This document shows, piece after piece, positions 38,926-51,931 of a stretch of DNA of 64,000 nucleotides (position 1 is the stretch's first letter; each line of letters opens with the position of its first letter). Below the pieces are notes generated by a model. It was not told where the DNA came from. It did no database searches and saw only the letters and a list, made by a program, of their open reading frames with translations. This DNA is from Vicinamibacterales bacterium (lineage in GTDB: Bacteria; Acidobacteriota; Vicinamibacteria; Vicinamibacterales; UBA2999): the NCBI GenBank assembly GCA_036005125.1, contig DASYQV010000020.1, positions 8,492 to 72,491 of the forward strand, written 5' to 3'. Made by a program: the position numbers and the translations under genes.

Positions 38926-40467
38926 ATGTCGATGTTCCGAAAAATCCTCAAGGTGGCGGCGTTCGGCATCGCCGCGCTGTTCATCGCGATAGCCGTTACA
39001 GGCGTGCTCTATCTGTTCTTCGGCCTCCGAGTCGAGCTCGATGGCGGCGGTAGGCCCCATCTCATGTTCGTCGAATCGGCAGCATCTCGCGCCGCGACCA
39101 TCGCCCACCATCGTGAGGCCCAGCGAGCACAGTTCAGCGCGGCCAGTTCGCCGCAGGCAGCGGAGCCCGAGCCGGTACCGCCTCCCGCCGACCAGGCGCC
39201 CCCACCGGAAAGCGACGAGCCTGCGCCCAAGCGGACCGTATCCGCCAGGCCAAGGCCGTACTGGACCGACTTCCGCGGCCCGAGCCGGGATGGCCACTAC
39301 CGCGAACGTCCCGTGCGCACGGATTGGCCGGCGGGCGGGCTCACACCGCTCTGGAAGCAACCCATTGGAGCCGGCTACGCGTCGTTTGTCGTCGCGCGCG
39401 GGCGCGCGTTTACCATCGAGCAGCGCGGATCCGACGAGGTGGTCGCCGCCTACGACGTTCCAACGGGCCGCGAGCTCTGGACCAACTCGTGGCGCGCGAC
39501 TTTCAGCGAAACGCTGGGCGGCGATGGCCCGCGCGCCACGCCCACCTGGGCCGACGGCCGTGTCTACGCGCTCGGCGGACAGGGCGAATTGCGCTGCCTC
39601 GACGAAGCCGACGGCCGCGTCGTGTGGCGCACCAACATCCTCGAGGAGAACGGCGCCACGAATCTGCAGTGGGGCATGGCAGCTTCGCCGCTCGTCGTCG
39701 ACGACACGCTCATCCTCTTGCCGGGCGGACCCAACGGCCGCTCGGTGGTTGCCTACGACCGGCGCACCGGAAGCATCGCGTGGTCGGCGCTTGGCGATCA
39801 ACAGGCCTACTCCTCGCCGATGCTGGTCACGCTGGCGGGCGTACGCCAGCTGCTCGTCTTCAGCAGCTCGCGCCTGATGGGCCTCACGCCCGACCGCGGC
39901 GAGCTCCTCTGGGAATATTCATGGACGACCCAGTTCGGCGTCCATGCCGGCCAGCCGCTGGTCCTGGGAGACAACCGGGTGTTCCTGTCTTCCGGCTATG
40001 GGACCGGCGCAGCAGTCATCGAGCTCACACCGGAGGGGAATCGCTTCTCGGTGCGCGAGGTCTGGCGCAACAACCGGATGAAGAATCAGTTCACGAGCTC
40101 GGTGCTGCACGAGGGCTTCATCTACGGGCTCGACGAGTCAATCCTGGCGTGTCTCGACGCGAACACGGGCGAGCTCAAATGGAAGGGAGGACGATACGGA
40201 TACGGCCAGGCGCTGCTCGCGGACGGTCACCTGATCGTCCTCACCGAGGACGGCGACCTCGCCCTGGTCCGCGCGACGCCGGAGCGCCATCAGGAAATCA
40301 CCCGCTTCAAGGTGTTGAGCGGGAAGACCTGGAACCACCCGGCCATGGCCGATGGCTATCTCTGGGTGCGAAACGGGTCCGAGATGGCGGCGTTCGATCT
40401 GCGGACGGCCGCCACGAAGGCCACGAGGGAATTAGCCACGAAGGATACGAAGACCACTAAAAATTAG
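38926..40467 (+). CDS. membrane-anchored PQQ-like beta-propeller (BamB-like repeat) protein
   Basis: N-terminal TM segment and a Pro-rich linker, then repeated ...G.L.ALD..TG...W... blades. The last 18 codons lie inside a repeat arm. Confidence 0.7.
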   Translation: MSMFRKILKVAAFGIAALFIAIAVTGVLYLFFGLRVELDGGGRPHLMFVESAASRAATIAHHREAQRAQFSAASSPQAAEPEPVPPPADQAPPPESDEPAPKRTVSARPRPYWTDFRGPSRDGHYRERPVRTDWPAGGLTPLWKQPIGAGYASFVVARGRAFTIEQRGSDEVVAAYDVPTGRELWTNSWRATFSETLGGDGPRATPTWADGRVYALGGQGELRCLDEADGRVVWRTNILEENGATNLQWGMAASPLVVDDTLILLPGGPNGRSVVAYDRRTGSIAWSALGDQQAYSSPMLVTLAGVRQLLVFSSSRLMGLTPDRGELLWEYSWTTQFGVHAGQPLVLGDNRVFLSSGYGTGAAVIELTPEGNRFSVREVWRNNRMKNQFTSSVLHEGFIYGLDESILACLDANTGELKWKGGRYGYGQALLADGHLIVLTEDGDLALVRATPERHQEITRFKVLSGKTWNHPAMADGYLWVRNGSEMAAFDLRTAATKATRELATKDTKTTKN

Positions 40468-40560
40468 CCACGAAGGGACACGAAGGTCACGAAGGATTCT
40501 CTGGGTTTTCTTCGTGGCCTTCGTGAGCTTCGTGGCTTATTTCGTCGTGGCCTTCGTGGC
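40411..40560. repeat. word-hairpin (9-mer word nnCACGAAG)
   Basis: gccacgaaggccacgagg...gccacgaaggatacgaag...gccacgaagggacacgaaggtcacgaagg - loop - tcttcgtggccttcgtgagcttcgtggc...cgtcgtggccttcgtggc. Confidence 0.85.
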
Positions 40561-40562
40561 AG

Positions 40563-41003
40563 CTACCGGCGGGGCGCAACCACCAGCTCACCGCGCATGT
40601 GGCGGTGGCCTTCGGCGCTCGTCATCCCGCAATAGAACGGAAAGGTGCCGGTCCGATCGGCGCGGAACTCGAACGTGGTCGACGCTTTTGCAGGAACGCG
40701 CTTCAGAATCCGGTATTCGTCGATTGTAAAACTATGCGGCTCGTCCTCGCTCCGCACGGTGATCTTCACGAGGTCATCCTGCATGACCTCGATACGGGTC
40801 GGGAAGAATTGATAGTTGCGCGCCGTGATGGTGAATTCGCGTCGGTTTGGTGCCTGATCCTGCCCGATCGAAGCCCGGGGGGGCAGCCCCGGCTTTGGTG
40901 CGGGATGCGCGAACAGGCGAGCCACGGCGGGCCCGACGAGCACGCATGCACCCGCGCCCAACGCGAGCAAACCAACAGTTCGGCGGGTGGCTTTCATGTT
41001 CAT
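40563..41003 (-). CDS. cupredoxin-like (plastocyanin/azurin fold) protein
   Basis: The ATG at 41003 gives MNMKATRRTVGLLALGAGA, a Tat/Sec-like signal. The C-terminal copper-ligand pattern is H...C..M.....H..M (PHSF...FYCGMTSAEGHRHM). Confidence 0.6.
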   Translation of the reverse strand: MNMKATRRTVGLLALGAGACVLVGPAVARLFAHPAPKPGLPPRASIGQDQAPNRREFTITARNYQFFPTRIEVMQDDLVKITVRSEDEPHSFTIDEYRILKRVPAKASTTFEFRADRTGTFPFYCGMTSAEGHRHMRGELVVAPRR

Positions 41004-41283
41004 GTTAGACGAGTCCAGAGGCCGGAAGGGCCGTGACCTCTGAAAGCATAAGCAATACCGGTGCCCAACGAATCCGGACGGTCGGCGTAGCCCCCGCTCG
41101 AAAGGAGCCCAAAGCGCAAGCGCCGGTACGGAAACCTGAAGCGGGATCCAATCCGAAGGCCTACCGGCCTCGCCAATCCCGGTCACCGCGAACTGACGAA
41201 CCGATGTTGATGCGGCGGATCGCCCGTGCGGGCGGTCCGCCGAACCCTTCGTGGGGGGCCGAAACGTCTCGCAGGCCGGCCGG

Positions 41284-43428
<2,145 letters not shown>

Positions 43429-43594
43429 AGGACGTCGTTGAAAGTGTGGGAATGGAGAACGGGAACAGAGGACCGCGAAGGCCAGGGGACTCGCGCAATG
43501 TGGCGCGCGTGAGGGGCGGGATCGTCAAGGTCGATCGTCACTTCCCACCGCGCTTTCCATTGAGCGGTTCCACGTTTCGCTGTCCACGTGCGAC

Positions 43595-43864
43595 TTATTT
43601 GCGGATGCCGAGCCGCCGAATGAGCTCGGTGTAACGCTCCGAATCCTTGCTTTTGAGGTAGTCGAGCAGGCGCCTGCGCTGGCCCACGAGCTTCAGCAGG
43701 CCTCGTCTGGAATGATGATCCTTCGCGTGCACCTTGAAGTGCTCGGTCAGGTAATTGATCCGCTCGCTCAGGAGCGCCACCTGGACTTCGGGTGACCCGG
43801 TATCGGTGTCGTGGGTCCGGTAGTTTCCAATGATGCCAGTCTTGCGGTCCTTGCTCAACACCAC
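43595..43864 (-). CDS. rpsO: 30S ribosomal protein S15
   Basis: The GTG at 43864 lies 7 nt after GGAGGG. The sequence contains ...[50 protein letters not shown].... Confidence 0.92.
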   Translation of the reverse strand: MVLSKDRKTGIIGNYRTHDTDTGSPEVQVALLSERINYLTEHFKVHAKDHHSRRGLLKLVGQRRRLLDYLKSKDSERYTELIRRLGIRK

Positions 43865-44019
43865 GAGCGTTCCCTCCACGAGCGGCCCAGACACCCCGGG
43901 TCGGCACTCGGAGCCCGTAGAAGGTCGTACTCGACCCCTGAACGACCCTGTGGGGACCCCGCCCGGGCACCAAACCGTCGTACTGTTGCTAACTTCTCTT
44001 TACCAAAAGACTTAGTATT

Positions 44020-44904
44020 CTAGATCAGGACCACGGACGGGTGCAAAGAACCCGGCCGTGCCGAACGGGCTCCGATCGCGAGGAGCGCGCCTTCGGTGCT
44101 CATGAGGCGCACCCACGCCGAGTCACCCGGTGCGGCCTCCAGGACGTGCGACGGTCCGAGCTCCCTCCCGTGGGACACCCTGTCGTGGCCCTCGGCCGTA
44201 ACGGTCACCCTGGGCATCTGCCACAACAGCCGCTCCATCGGAACGACGGCGGACGCAGCATCCCCTGGAGCTCTCTGCAGGGTCAGCACACTCACCGCCT
44301 GAGCGAGCGTGAACTCCCCGCTGCGGGTTCGCCGGAGCGCTTCGAGACACGCGCCCGTCCCCACCAGCATGCCGAGTGAATGCGCAAAGGACCGGACGTA
44401 AAAACCCGCGGAGCACGTGAGCCGGACCGTTGCCGTGATGTCGTCGAATGTCACGAGCGCCACGCGCCTCACCGCGACCATGACCGGCGTCGGCTCGACG
44501 GCATGTGCCGCGCGCGCCAGCTCGTACGCGCGGCGGCCTCCGATCTTCTTGGCCGAATAGGCAGGCGGCGCCTGCAGGTATTCTCCGGTGAGCGTGCCGA
44601 GGGCGGCCTCGACTGCTGCGCGCGGCGGGATGGCGCCCGACGTCGCGACCTCCTGCCCCGTCACGTCGTACGTGTCCGTGGTCAGCCCGAACCGGATGCG
44701 CGCCTCGTACTCTTTCTCCGATGCCATGAGGAACTGCACCAGCCGCGTCGCGCGTCCCGAGGCGAGAGGCAGGACCCCTGTGGCCAGCGGGTCCAGCGTC
44801 CCCGTGTGGCCCAGGCGTGTTTCGCCGAGCGCCCGACGTGCGAGCGCCACAACGTCGTGCGAGGTGAGCCCCTGTGGCTTGTCGACGACGAGGACTCCGT
44901 CCAT
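44020..44904 (-). CDS. truB: tRNA pseudouridine(55) synthase TruB
   Basis: MDGVLVVDKPQGLTSHDVV...HTGTLDPLATGVLPL, which includes the catalytic Asp motif. Confidence 0.9.
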   Translation of the reverse strand: MDGVLVVDKPQGLTSHDVVALARRALGETRLGHTGTLDPLATGVLPLASGRATRLVQFLMASEKEYEARIRFGLTTDTYDVTGQEVATSGAIPPRAAVEAALGTLTGEYLQAPPAYSAKKIGGRRAYELARAAHAVEPTPVMVAVRRVALVTFDDITATVRLTCSAGFYVRSFAHSLGMLVGTGACLEALRRTRSGEFTLAQAVSVLTLQRAPGDAASAVVPMERLLWQMPRVTVTAEGHDRVSHGRELGPSHVLEAAPGDSAWVRLMSTEGALLAIGARSARPGSLHPSVVLI

Positions 44905-44915
44905 CGGTGTTGTAT

Positions 44916-45047
44916 GTAGGCCGGCTCTTTAGAGCCGGCGCAGTGGACCGCATCTGACGATGCGGCCTACGTACGATAGATGCGGCGGGTTTCGCCGAGC
45001 CGCATCTGAAGATGCGGCCTACGTACGTAGATGCGGCCTACGTACGT
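44916..45047. repeat. REP cluster (variant P-type plus three Q-type units)
   Basis: GTAGGCCGGCTCTTTAGAGCCGGC..CCGCATCTGACGATGCGGCCTAC..CCGCATCTGAAGATGCGGCCTACgtacgtAGATGCGGCCTACgtacgta. It overlaps the last codons of the DHH gene. Confidence 0.85.
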
Positions 45048-46033
45048 AAAGGTGCCGCCTTGTCGATCTGCTCGATGATCTTCCGGCGGAAGAGCGCCGT
45101 CAGCTCGTCGAACGTGCCCTGTGCCGAGCAGCCGGCGGCGTTCTTGTGGCCGCCGCCGCCGAACTCCGCTGCCACGCTGTTGATGTCGACCGCGCCCTTG
45201 GACCGCATGCTGATGCGCCATTCGTCAGGACCCAGCTCTTTGAAGAAGACGACGGCCTGGATCTCCTTCACCGTCAGCGGCAGGTTGATCAACCCCTCGG
45301 TGTCCTCGTAGGTGCCCCCGCAGTCACGAGCGAGCGCCCGGTCCACCCAGACGGTCGCGAGGCGGCCGGTCGGGTCCAGCTCCATCTTGCTGAGCACCGC
45401 TCCAAACAGCTTCAGGCGGCCGAGATTGTTGCTGTCGAAAATGCTCCGCGCTACCGCGGGCGGATCCACGCCCGCCTCGACGCACTGACGGCAGATGTCG
45501 AACGTACGCGACGAGATGCTCGAATAGTGGAACGATCCGGTGTCGGTCAGGATGGCAATGTAGATGTGCGTCGCGATCTCGGGCGTCAGTCGGACGCCGA
45601 GCGCCTGGGTCAGATCGAACACCATCTCGCCGCACGCCGCAGCCGACAGGTCGAACCAGTTCACCGCGCCGTACATCGTGTTGCCGACGTGGTGATCGAT
45701 GTTGATCACGAACCCGCGATCCAGGCCGGCCACGCCGGTCCTGGCGAAATCGCCGCACTCCATGATGATGACCGCGTCGCCCGGATCGTCGACGCGCTCC
45801 GCCACTTCGATCTCTGACACACCGGGAAACACCAGCATGGGGAATGGCGGCACGTCGCTGTTGACGACGCGAACGGTCTTGCCGAGCTGACGAAGCGCGA
45901 ACGCCATGGCGAGCTGCGAGCCGATGGCATCGCCGTCGGGCCGGACGTGGGACGAGATGACGAAGCGACGGCGCTGTCGAATCTCCTCCGTGATGCGGTC
46001 ACGAACGGACGTATCACTCGTGGTCGTCGTCAT
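45038..46033 (-). CDS. DHH/DHHA1 phosphoesterase (NrnA-like bifunctional oligoribonuclease/pAp phosphatase)
   Basis: The ATG at 46033 gives MTTTTSDTSV.... Motifs are SHVRPDGDAIGS, NIDHHVGN and GGGGHKNAAG. Confidence 0.8.
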   Translation of the reverse strand: MTTTTSDTSVRDRITEEIRQRRRFVISSHVRPDGDAIGSQLAMAFALRQLGKTVRVVNSDVPPFPMLVFPGVSEIEVAERVDDPGDAVIIMECGDFARTGVAGLDRGFVINIDHHVGNTMYGAVNWFDLSAAACGEMVFDLTQALGVRLTPEIATHIYIAILTDTGSFHYSSISSRTFDICRQCVEAGVDPPAVARSIFDSNNLGRLKLFGAVLSKMELDPTGRLATVWVDRALARDCGGTYEDTEGLINLPLTVKEIQAVVFFKELGPDEWRISMRSKGAVDINSVAAEFGGGGHKNAAGCSAQGTFDELTALFRRKIIEQIDKAAPLRT

Positions 46034-46397
46034 CCGGTGTCGTCGCGGGGGATTCGTTGGCATGAAGGTCGCGCAGGATCTGCTCGATCCGGTCCTGGCT
46101 CTCGACCGACTGGTCGAACCGGAATTCGAACTCCGGAACGCGGCGCAACCGCAGGCGCCCGCCGATGTGCCGCCGCATGAACGGCGTGGCGCGATCCAGC
46201 GCCCGCGCCGTCTCCCTGCGCGATTTCTCATCGCCGAGCGTCGTGTAGTAGATGCGCGCGAGCTGCAAGTCGGCCGTCACCGCCACGCGGGTGAGCGTGA
46301 TGAAGCCGATGCCGGGATCGTGGACCGCGCCGCGGCTCAGCAGCTCGCCCAGCTCGTGGCGTATCTCTTCACCGACGCGGTTGGGACGGTGGCCCAT
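46014..46397 (-). CDS. rbfA: ribosome-binding factor A
   Basis: The ATG at 46397 gives MGHRPNRVGEEIRHELGELL...ITLTRVAVTADLQLARIYY... The ORF-track start at 46430 lies inside the upstream hairpin. Confidence 0.88.
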   Translation of the reverse strand: MGHRPNRVGEEIRHELGELLSRGAVHDPGIGFITLTRVAVTADLQLARIYYTTLGDEKSRRETARALDRATPFMRRHIGGRLRLRRVPEFEFRFDQSVESQDRIEQILRDLHANESPATTPDDDDHE

Positions 46398-46401
46398 AGG
46401 T

Positions 46402-46479
46402 CTAACGAGGCCCTGCCTGAGACCGAGCATGTGGTGTGTCGAGCCCGCTGCCCCTCGGTCTGAGGCAGGGCCTCGTTAG
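46402..46479. repeat. 26-bp inverted repeat (25/26 match) with 26-nt loop, 4 nt upstream of rbfA ATG
   Basis: ctaacgaggccctgcctgagaccgag (46402-46427) pairs with ctcggtctgaggcagggcctcgttag (46454-46479). Confidence 0.9.
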
Positions 46480-46484
46480 GCACA

Positions 46485-46575
46485 GTGTTGCTTTGCCCCG
46501 CTCCGCGGGGCGAGGCGTTGCTTTGCCCCGCTCCGGGGGGCGAGGCGTTGCTTTGCCCCGCTCCGCGGGGCGAGG
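46485..46575. repeat. 3 x 30-bp tandem repeat, each unit a 7-bp GC hairpin
   Basis: The unit gcgttgctttgccccgctccgcggggcgag repeats with period 30 (starts 46487, 46517, 46547). The hairpin is gccccgc-tcc-gcggggc. Confidence 0.9.
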
Positions 46576-46658
46576 CGCCTCGACAGGCCCGCTGAAAACA
46601 TGACTCATGTGTATGAGTCCCGGCCTGTCAAGGCGTCTGGGCGGTCCGGTCGCGCGCG

Positions 46659-46940
46659 TCATGTCAGGAATTCAATTTCCGTGCGCGTGATCAAACCGGG
46701 CTCCACACGCTCAATCTCGTCCGCGGCTGCCGCAAGCTCCCGTTCGGCATGCTCGGTCGTGGTCGAGATGGCAACGATGCCGAGGCCGGCACGCTGCCAC
46801 AGATCCTGATGCTCGACCTCGGCGACCGCCACATTGAACTTCTTCAGGCGGTCCTTCACAGACCGCAGCACCATCCGCTTGTCCTTGAGAGACTGCGAGT
46901 GCGGGATGTACAACTCGACGGAAAGGAGCGCAACGACCAC
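46659..46940 (-). CDS. DUF503 (YlxP-like) protein
   Basis: The GTG at 46940 gives VVVALLSVELYIPHSQSLKDKRMVLRSVKDRL.... It occupies the conserved position between infB and rbfA. Confidence 0.7.
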   Translation of the reverse strand: MVVALLSVELYIPHSQSLKDKRMVLRSVKDRLKKFNVAVAEVEHQDLWQRAGLGIVAISTTTEHAERELAAAADEIERVEPGLITRTEIEFLT

Positions 46941-46944
46941 GGTT

Positions 46945-47060
46945 CCATTTGTGGTTTGCGATTTGCGCTTTGTGATTGATCCGGCCGGATCCAAATCACA
47001 AACCGCCAATCACCAATCACAAACCAATCGCCAATCACAAATCGCAAAAATCACGAATGG
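46945..47060. repeat. word-hairpin (word GRTTTGY / RCAAAYC)
   Basis: ccatttgtggtttgcgatttgcgctttgtgattgatccgg | ccggatccaaatcacaaaccgccaatcaccaatcacaaaccaatcgccaatcacaaatcgcaaaaatcacgaatgg. Confidence 0.85.
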
Positions 47061-50000
47061 ACCGGCGTTCCCACCCGCTCCATCGTGAAGACCTCGATCA
47101 CGTCGCCAACCTTGATGTCGTTGAAGCGCTCGAGGCCGATACCGCATTCGAACCCGGACTTCACCTCGCTGACATCGTCTTTGAAGCGGCGCAGCGAGGC
47201 AATCTTGCCCTCGAAGACCACCACGTTGTCACGCAGCAGCCGTGCCTGCGTCTCGCCCGCACGGGTCACGCGGCCGTCGGTGACCATGCAGCCGGCGACG
47301 GCGCCCACCTTCGGCACCTTGAAGACCTCGCGCACCTCGGCGGTCCCGAGCCGCACTTCCTTGAACGTCGGCTCGAGGAGGCCCTCCATGCCCTTCTTGA
47401 TTTCGTCGGTCACGTTATAGATCACCGAGTGCAGGCGGATGTCGACCTGTTCGCGCTCCGCCGTGTCCGACGCGTTGCGGTCGGGCCGCACGTTGAAGCC
47501 GACGATGATCGCGTTCGACGCCGACGCCAGCAGCACGTCGGACTCGTTGATGGCGCCGACACCCGAACGGATGATGCGGATCTTGACCTTCTCGTCCGAC
47601 AGCTTCGTGAGCGTGTCGGCCAGGACTTCGGCCGAGCCCTGCACGTCGGCCTTGACGATGATCGGCAGCTCCTTGACGCCGCCCTCGGCAATGTGTTCCT
47701 TGAGCGACTCGAGCGTGAGCCGGCCACCCTTGGCGCCGAGCGCACGTTCTTTGGCCTGCGCCTGGCGGAACGTTGCGATCTGCCGGGCCTTGGCCGGGTC
47801 CGCGACCGTCTGGAACGGATCGCCAGGCTGCGGCAGGCTCGTGAGCCCGAGCACCTCCACCGGCGTCGCGGGACCGGCCGTCTTCACCTGACGTCCGCGA
47901 TCGTCGATGAGCGCGCGGACTCTCCCGACGACCGGGCCCGCGATGAAGTTGTCGCCGACGGTGAGCGTGCCGTCCTGGACGAGCACCGTCGCCACCGGGC
48001 CGCGGCCGCGATCGAGCTTGGCCTCGAGCACCGTGCCCGACGCGGGCCGCTTCGGATTCGCTTTGAGCTCCAGGATGTCGCTCGAGAGCAGGATCATCTC
48101 GAGGAGTTGATCCAGGTTCTGCCGCTTTTTGGCCGAGACCGGCACCATGACGGTCTGTCCGCCCCAGTCCTCCGGCACGAGGTTGAGCTCGGCGAGCTCC
48201 CGCTTGACGTTGTCGGGATTCGCGCCGGCCTTGTCGATCTTGTTGATCGCGACGACGATGGGCACGTTGGCCGCGCGGGCGTGGTCGATGGCTTCCCTCG
48301 TCTGCGGCATCACGCCGTCGTCGGCGGCGACGACGAGGACGACGACGTCGGTGACCTTCGCGCCGCGGGCGCGCATGAGCGTGAACGCCTCGTGGCCGGG
48401 CGTGTCGAGGAACACGACGCTGCGGCCGCCCACGTCGACGTTGTACGCGCCGATGTGCTGCGTGATGCCACCCGCTTCACGCTCGGCGACGTGCGTCTCG
48501 CGGATGCCGTCGAGGAGCGACGTCTTGCCATGGTCGACGTGGCCCATCACGGTCACGACCGGCGCGCGGTTCTTGACGTCCTCGGGCCTGGCGTCTTCGG
48601 CTTCGGCCTCGAGCAGCTCCTCCTCGAAGCTGCGCATCTCGATGTCGGCGCCGAATTCGCGCGCGATGTCGCGCGCCGTGTTCATGTCGAGCGTGCTGTT
48701 GATGGTCATCATCATGCGCTTCATCAACAGCTTCGCCAGGACGTCCTTGACGCGCACGTCGAGCTTGTCCGCGAGGTCCTTCACCGTCATGCCCTCGGCG
48801 AGCGTGATGGTGCGGGTGACGGGTGGTGGCGCCGCGGGCGACGCTGGAGCTCCTCCGTGAGCAGGACGGTCGCGGCGCATCTGGGCGGCCGGACGCCCCG
48901 CGCCCGGTCGCTGCCCGACAGCAGGTCGCGCGCCCGGGAAGCTCGGACGCGCCGCGGGCATCCCCGGACGCGCCTGCTGCGGCTGCTGCGTGCGCACGGG
49001 CTGCGAAGGCAACGGACGCGGACCGCCGATCATGCCGGGCGTCGTCGGACGCGGCGGCGGTGGATACGCCGGTCGTGGCGGAGCGCCTGGCGTTGCGGGC
49101 CGTGGCGGCGCGGCAGACGGCGCAGCCGGACGCGCTGCGGCCGGCTGCTGTGCGCCGGGACGCGGCGCGGCCGGCGACGGCACGGCCGGACGTGCCGCAG
49201 CCGGCGGTGCCGCGCCGGCACGCGCAGGTGCTGGCGGCGGTGTCGCTGGACGTGCCGCCGCCGGCGACGGAGAAGCTGGCTGTGCGGCCGCTGGGGTCGG
49301 CGGCGCTGGCGGTGGTTGCACCATGCGCGGCTGCGTGACCGGCGGACGCTTGGCCGGCGCCAGCGGCCGCGTTTGCTGCGGTGTCTGCCCCGGTTCCTCG
49401 ATACGCAGGCGCAACGTCGGGGGCACGAAGCGGCCATGCGGAGGTGGCGGTAGGGGCTCGACGGGAACTTCCGCGACACCCGTGGGTGCGGCGGCGAACG
49501 GCGCTTCTACCTCCGGCGCCGGTTCAATTATTTCCTCGGGCGCTTCGACGACCTCCGCGATTGCCGGGGCAGCCGGTTCTTCAGGTGGCGCCTCGAGTGC
49601 CGGCGGGGCCGCGGCAACAGGAGATGGAACCTCGACGGGTGCCGGCATCACGACTTCCGGCTCCTGCCCTTCCACAATGGCAACGGGCGCGGGAGCGGGA
49701 GGCGGCGCCGCGACAGCAGGCGGCGGGGGTGCCGCCGGGGCGGGAGCAGGCGCAGGCGGCGTCAGCGGCTTGATCGTCTTTACGAGACGCGGCGGACCGA
49801 GAACCGGAGCGGTGGGCTTTGCCGGCTCGGGCTTCTTTGCCGCAGCGGGCTTCTTCCCGCTCTTGGCCGCCGCCGGGGTATCGGCGAACAGGTCGCCGCT
49901 AGGCAGGGCGATATTCCGCTGCCGCGCGAGCCGTTCGACGAACTGGCGCGCAACCACCTCTTCGATCGTGCTGGACGCGCTCTTCAACTCGATGCCGTGA

Positions 50001-50080
50001 TCGCGCTTCAACAGCGCGAGCACTTCCTGGCTCGTCGTGCCCAGCAGTTCCGCGACCTTGTAAATCCGGACGGTTGCCAA
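47051..50080 (-). CDS. infB: translation initiation factor IF-2
   Basis: 1009 aa with a long Pro/Ala-rich N-terminal region and the G-domain motifs [20 protein letters not shown] and NKID. Confidence 0.95.
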   Translation of the reverse strand: MATVRIYKVAELLGTTSQEVLALLKRDHGIELKSASSTIEEVVARQFVERLARQRNIALPSGDLFADTPAAAKSGKKPAAAKKPEPAKPTAPVLGPPRLVKTIKPLTPPAPAPAPAAPPPPAVAAPPPAPAPVAIVEGQEPEVVMPAPVEVPSPVAAAPPALEAPPEEPAAPAIAEVVEAPEEIIEPAPEVEAPFAAAPTGVAEVPVEPLPPPPHGRFVPPTLRLRIEEPGQTPQQTRPLAPAKRPPVTQPRMVQPPPAPPTPAAAQPASPSPAAARPATPPPAPARAGAAPPAAARPAVPSPAAPRPGAQQPAAARPAAPSAAPPRPATPGAPPRPAYPPPPRPTTPGMIGGPRPLPSQPVRTQQPQQARPGMPAARPSFPGARPAVGQRPGAGRPAAQMRRDRPAHGGAPASPAAPPPVTRTITLAEGMTVKDLADKLDVRVKDVLAKLLMKRMMMTINSTLDMNTARDIAREFGADIEMRSFEEELLEAEAEDARPEDVKNRAPVVTVMGHVDHGKTSLLDGIRETHVAEREAGGITQHIGAYNVDVGGRSVVFLDTPGHEAFTLMRARGAKVTDVVVLVVAADDGVMPQTREAIDHARAANVPIVVAINKIDKAGANPDNVKRELAELNLVPEDWGGQTVMVPVSAKKRQNLDQLLEMILLSSDILELKANPKRPASGTVLEAKLDRGRGPVATVLVQDGTLTVGDNFIAGPVVGRVRALIDDRGRQVKTAGPATPVEVLGLTSLPQPGDPFQTVADPAKARQIATFRQAQAKERALGAKGGRLTLESLKEHIAEGGVKELPIIVKADVQGSAEVLADTLTKLSDEKVKIRIIRSGVGAINESDVLLASASNAIIVGFNVRPDRNASDTAEREQVDIRLHSVIYNVTDEIKKGMEGLLEPTFKEVRLGTAEVREVFKVPKVGAVAGCMVTDGRVTRAGETQARLLRDNVVVFEGKIASLRRFKDDVSEVKSGFECGIGLERFNDIKVGDVIEVFTMERVGTPVHS

Positions 50081-50104
50081 ATGGAAATTCCTCTAAAGCC
50101 CTCG

Positions 50105-51310
<1,206 letters not shown>

Positions 51311-51322
51311 AACTTTCGCTGT

Positions 51323-51415
51323 ATTCATGATTCTTGATTCATGATTGCTGACGTTGATTCTGGTGTCCTTTCTGCAATCAAGAATCAAGAATCATGAATC
51401 ATGAATCAAGAATCC
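51323..51415. repeat. word-hairpin (word GATTCWT / AWGAATC)
   Basis: attcatgattcttgattcatgattg ... aatcaagaatcaagaatcatgaatcatgaatcaagaatcc. It shares the 24-nt string attcatgattcttgattcatgatt with 58406-58429. Confidence 0.85.
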
Positions 51416-51897
51416 TAGAATTCCACCTCGAGCCGGCCCCGCGTGATCCGACCGAGCGGCAGGCGGTGCATCCGGCCGTTGGATGCCTCCAGCAGCACGG
51501 TCCGGGTGGCGTCGTCGACGCCGCGCAGTCGTCCCTCGAACGCTTTCTGATTGTCGACCGGCTCGGCCACCACAATCTTCGCCAGACGGCCGGCGAACCG
51601 CCGATAGTCGTCCTCGCTGCGCAGCGGCCGGTCGAGCCCGGGCGAGGAAACCTCCAAGGTGTAGGTGAACGGCAGCGGGTCCTCGACGTCGAGGATGGTG
51701 CCCATCTCGCGACTGACGTGTTCGCAGTCCTCGATGCTCACACTCTCCTCGGCCGTGTTGGCAGGGCCGGGGCGATCGATGAAGACACGCACCACCTGCC
51801 CCGATGGCTCTCGCCGGCTCTGCACGTCCCAGATCTCCAGGCCGCGCGACCTCGCCACGCGCTCGGCAATGCCGCGAATCTGATCCAGCGGCTGCAT
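51415..51897 (-). CDS. rimP: ribosome maturation factor RimP
   Basis: The ATG at 51897 gives MQPLDQIRGIAERVARSRGLEIWDV...VFIDRP...LEVSSPGLDRPL. Confidence 0.88.
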   Translation of the reverse strand: MQPLDQIRGIAERVARSRGLEIWDVQSRREPSGQVVRVFIDRPGPANTAEESVSIEDCEHVSREMGTILDVEDPLPFTYTLEVSSPGLDRPLRSEDDYRRFAGRLAKIVVAEPVDNQKAFEGRLRGVDDATRTVLLEASNGRMHRLPLGRITRGRLEVEF

Positions 51898-51901
51898 GAC
51901 C

Positions 51902-51931
51902 ACAAACAAAAAAAGTGGGCATGAGCCCACT
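51902..51931 (-). terminator. canonical intrinsic terminator after rimO
   Basis: The minus strand reads AGTGGGC-tcat-GCCCACT followed by TTTTTTTGTTTG. The U-tract ends about 5 nt before the rimP ATG. Confidence 0.65.

Noticed and set aside
41004-41283. A 280-bp spacer between the pnp stop and the cupredoxin start, considered as a possible ncRNA or small gene.
   Set aside because: It contains only one good stem (ggcggaccgccc-gcac-gggcgatccgcc, probably the pnp 3' hairpin) and a short cagagg...cctctg stem. There is no ORF with an RBS and no repeat-family signature, so the evidence is not enough to call a feature.
46976-47060. Short peptides encoded by the word arrays (for example ITNHKPIANHKSQ, NHESRIMN), considered as candidate repeat peptides or RiPP precursors.
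   Set aside because: The same words are read in different frames and strands at different loci. There are no RBS or start context and no adjacent modification or export genes. The periodicity is 7 nt, which is not codon-compatible.
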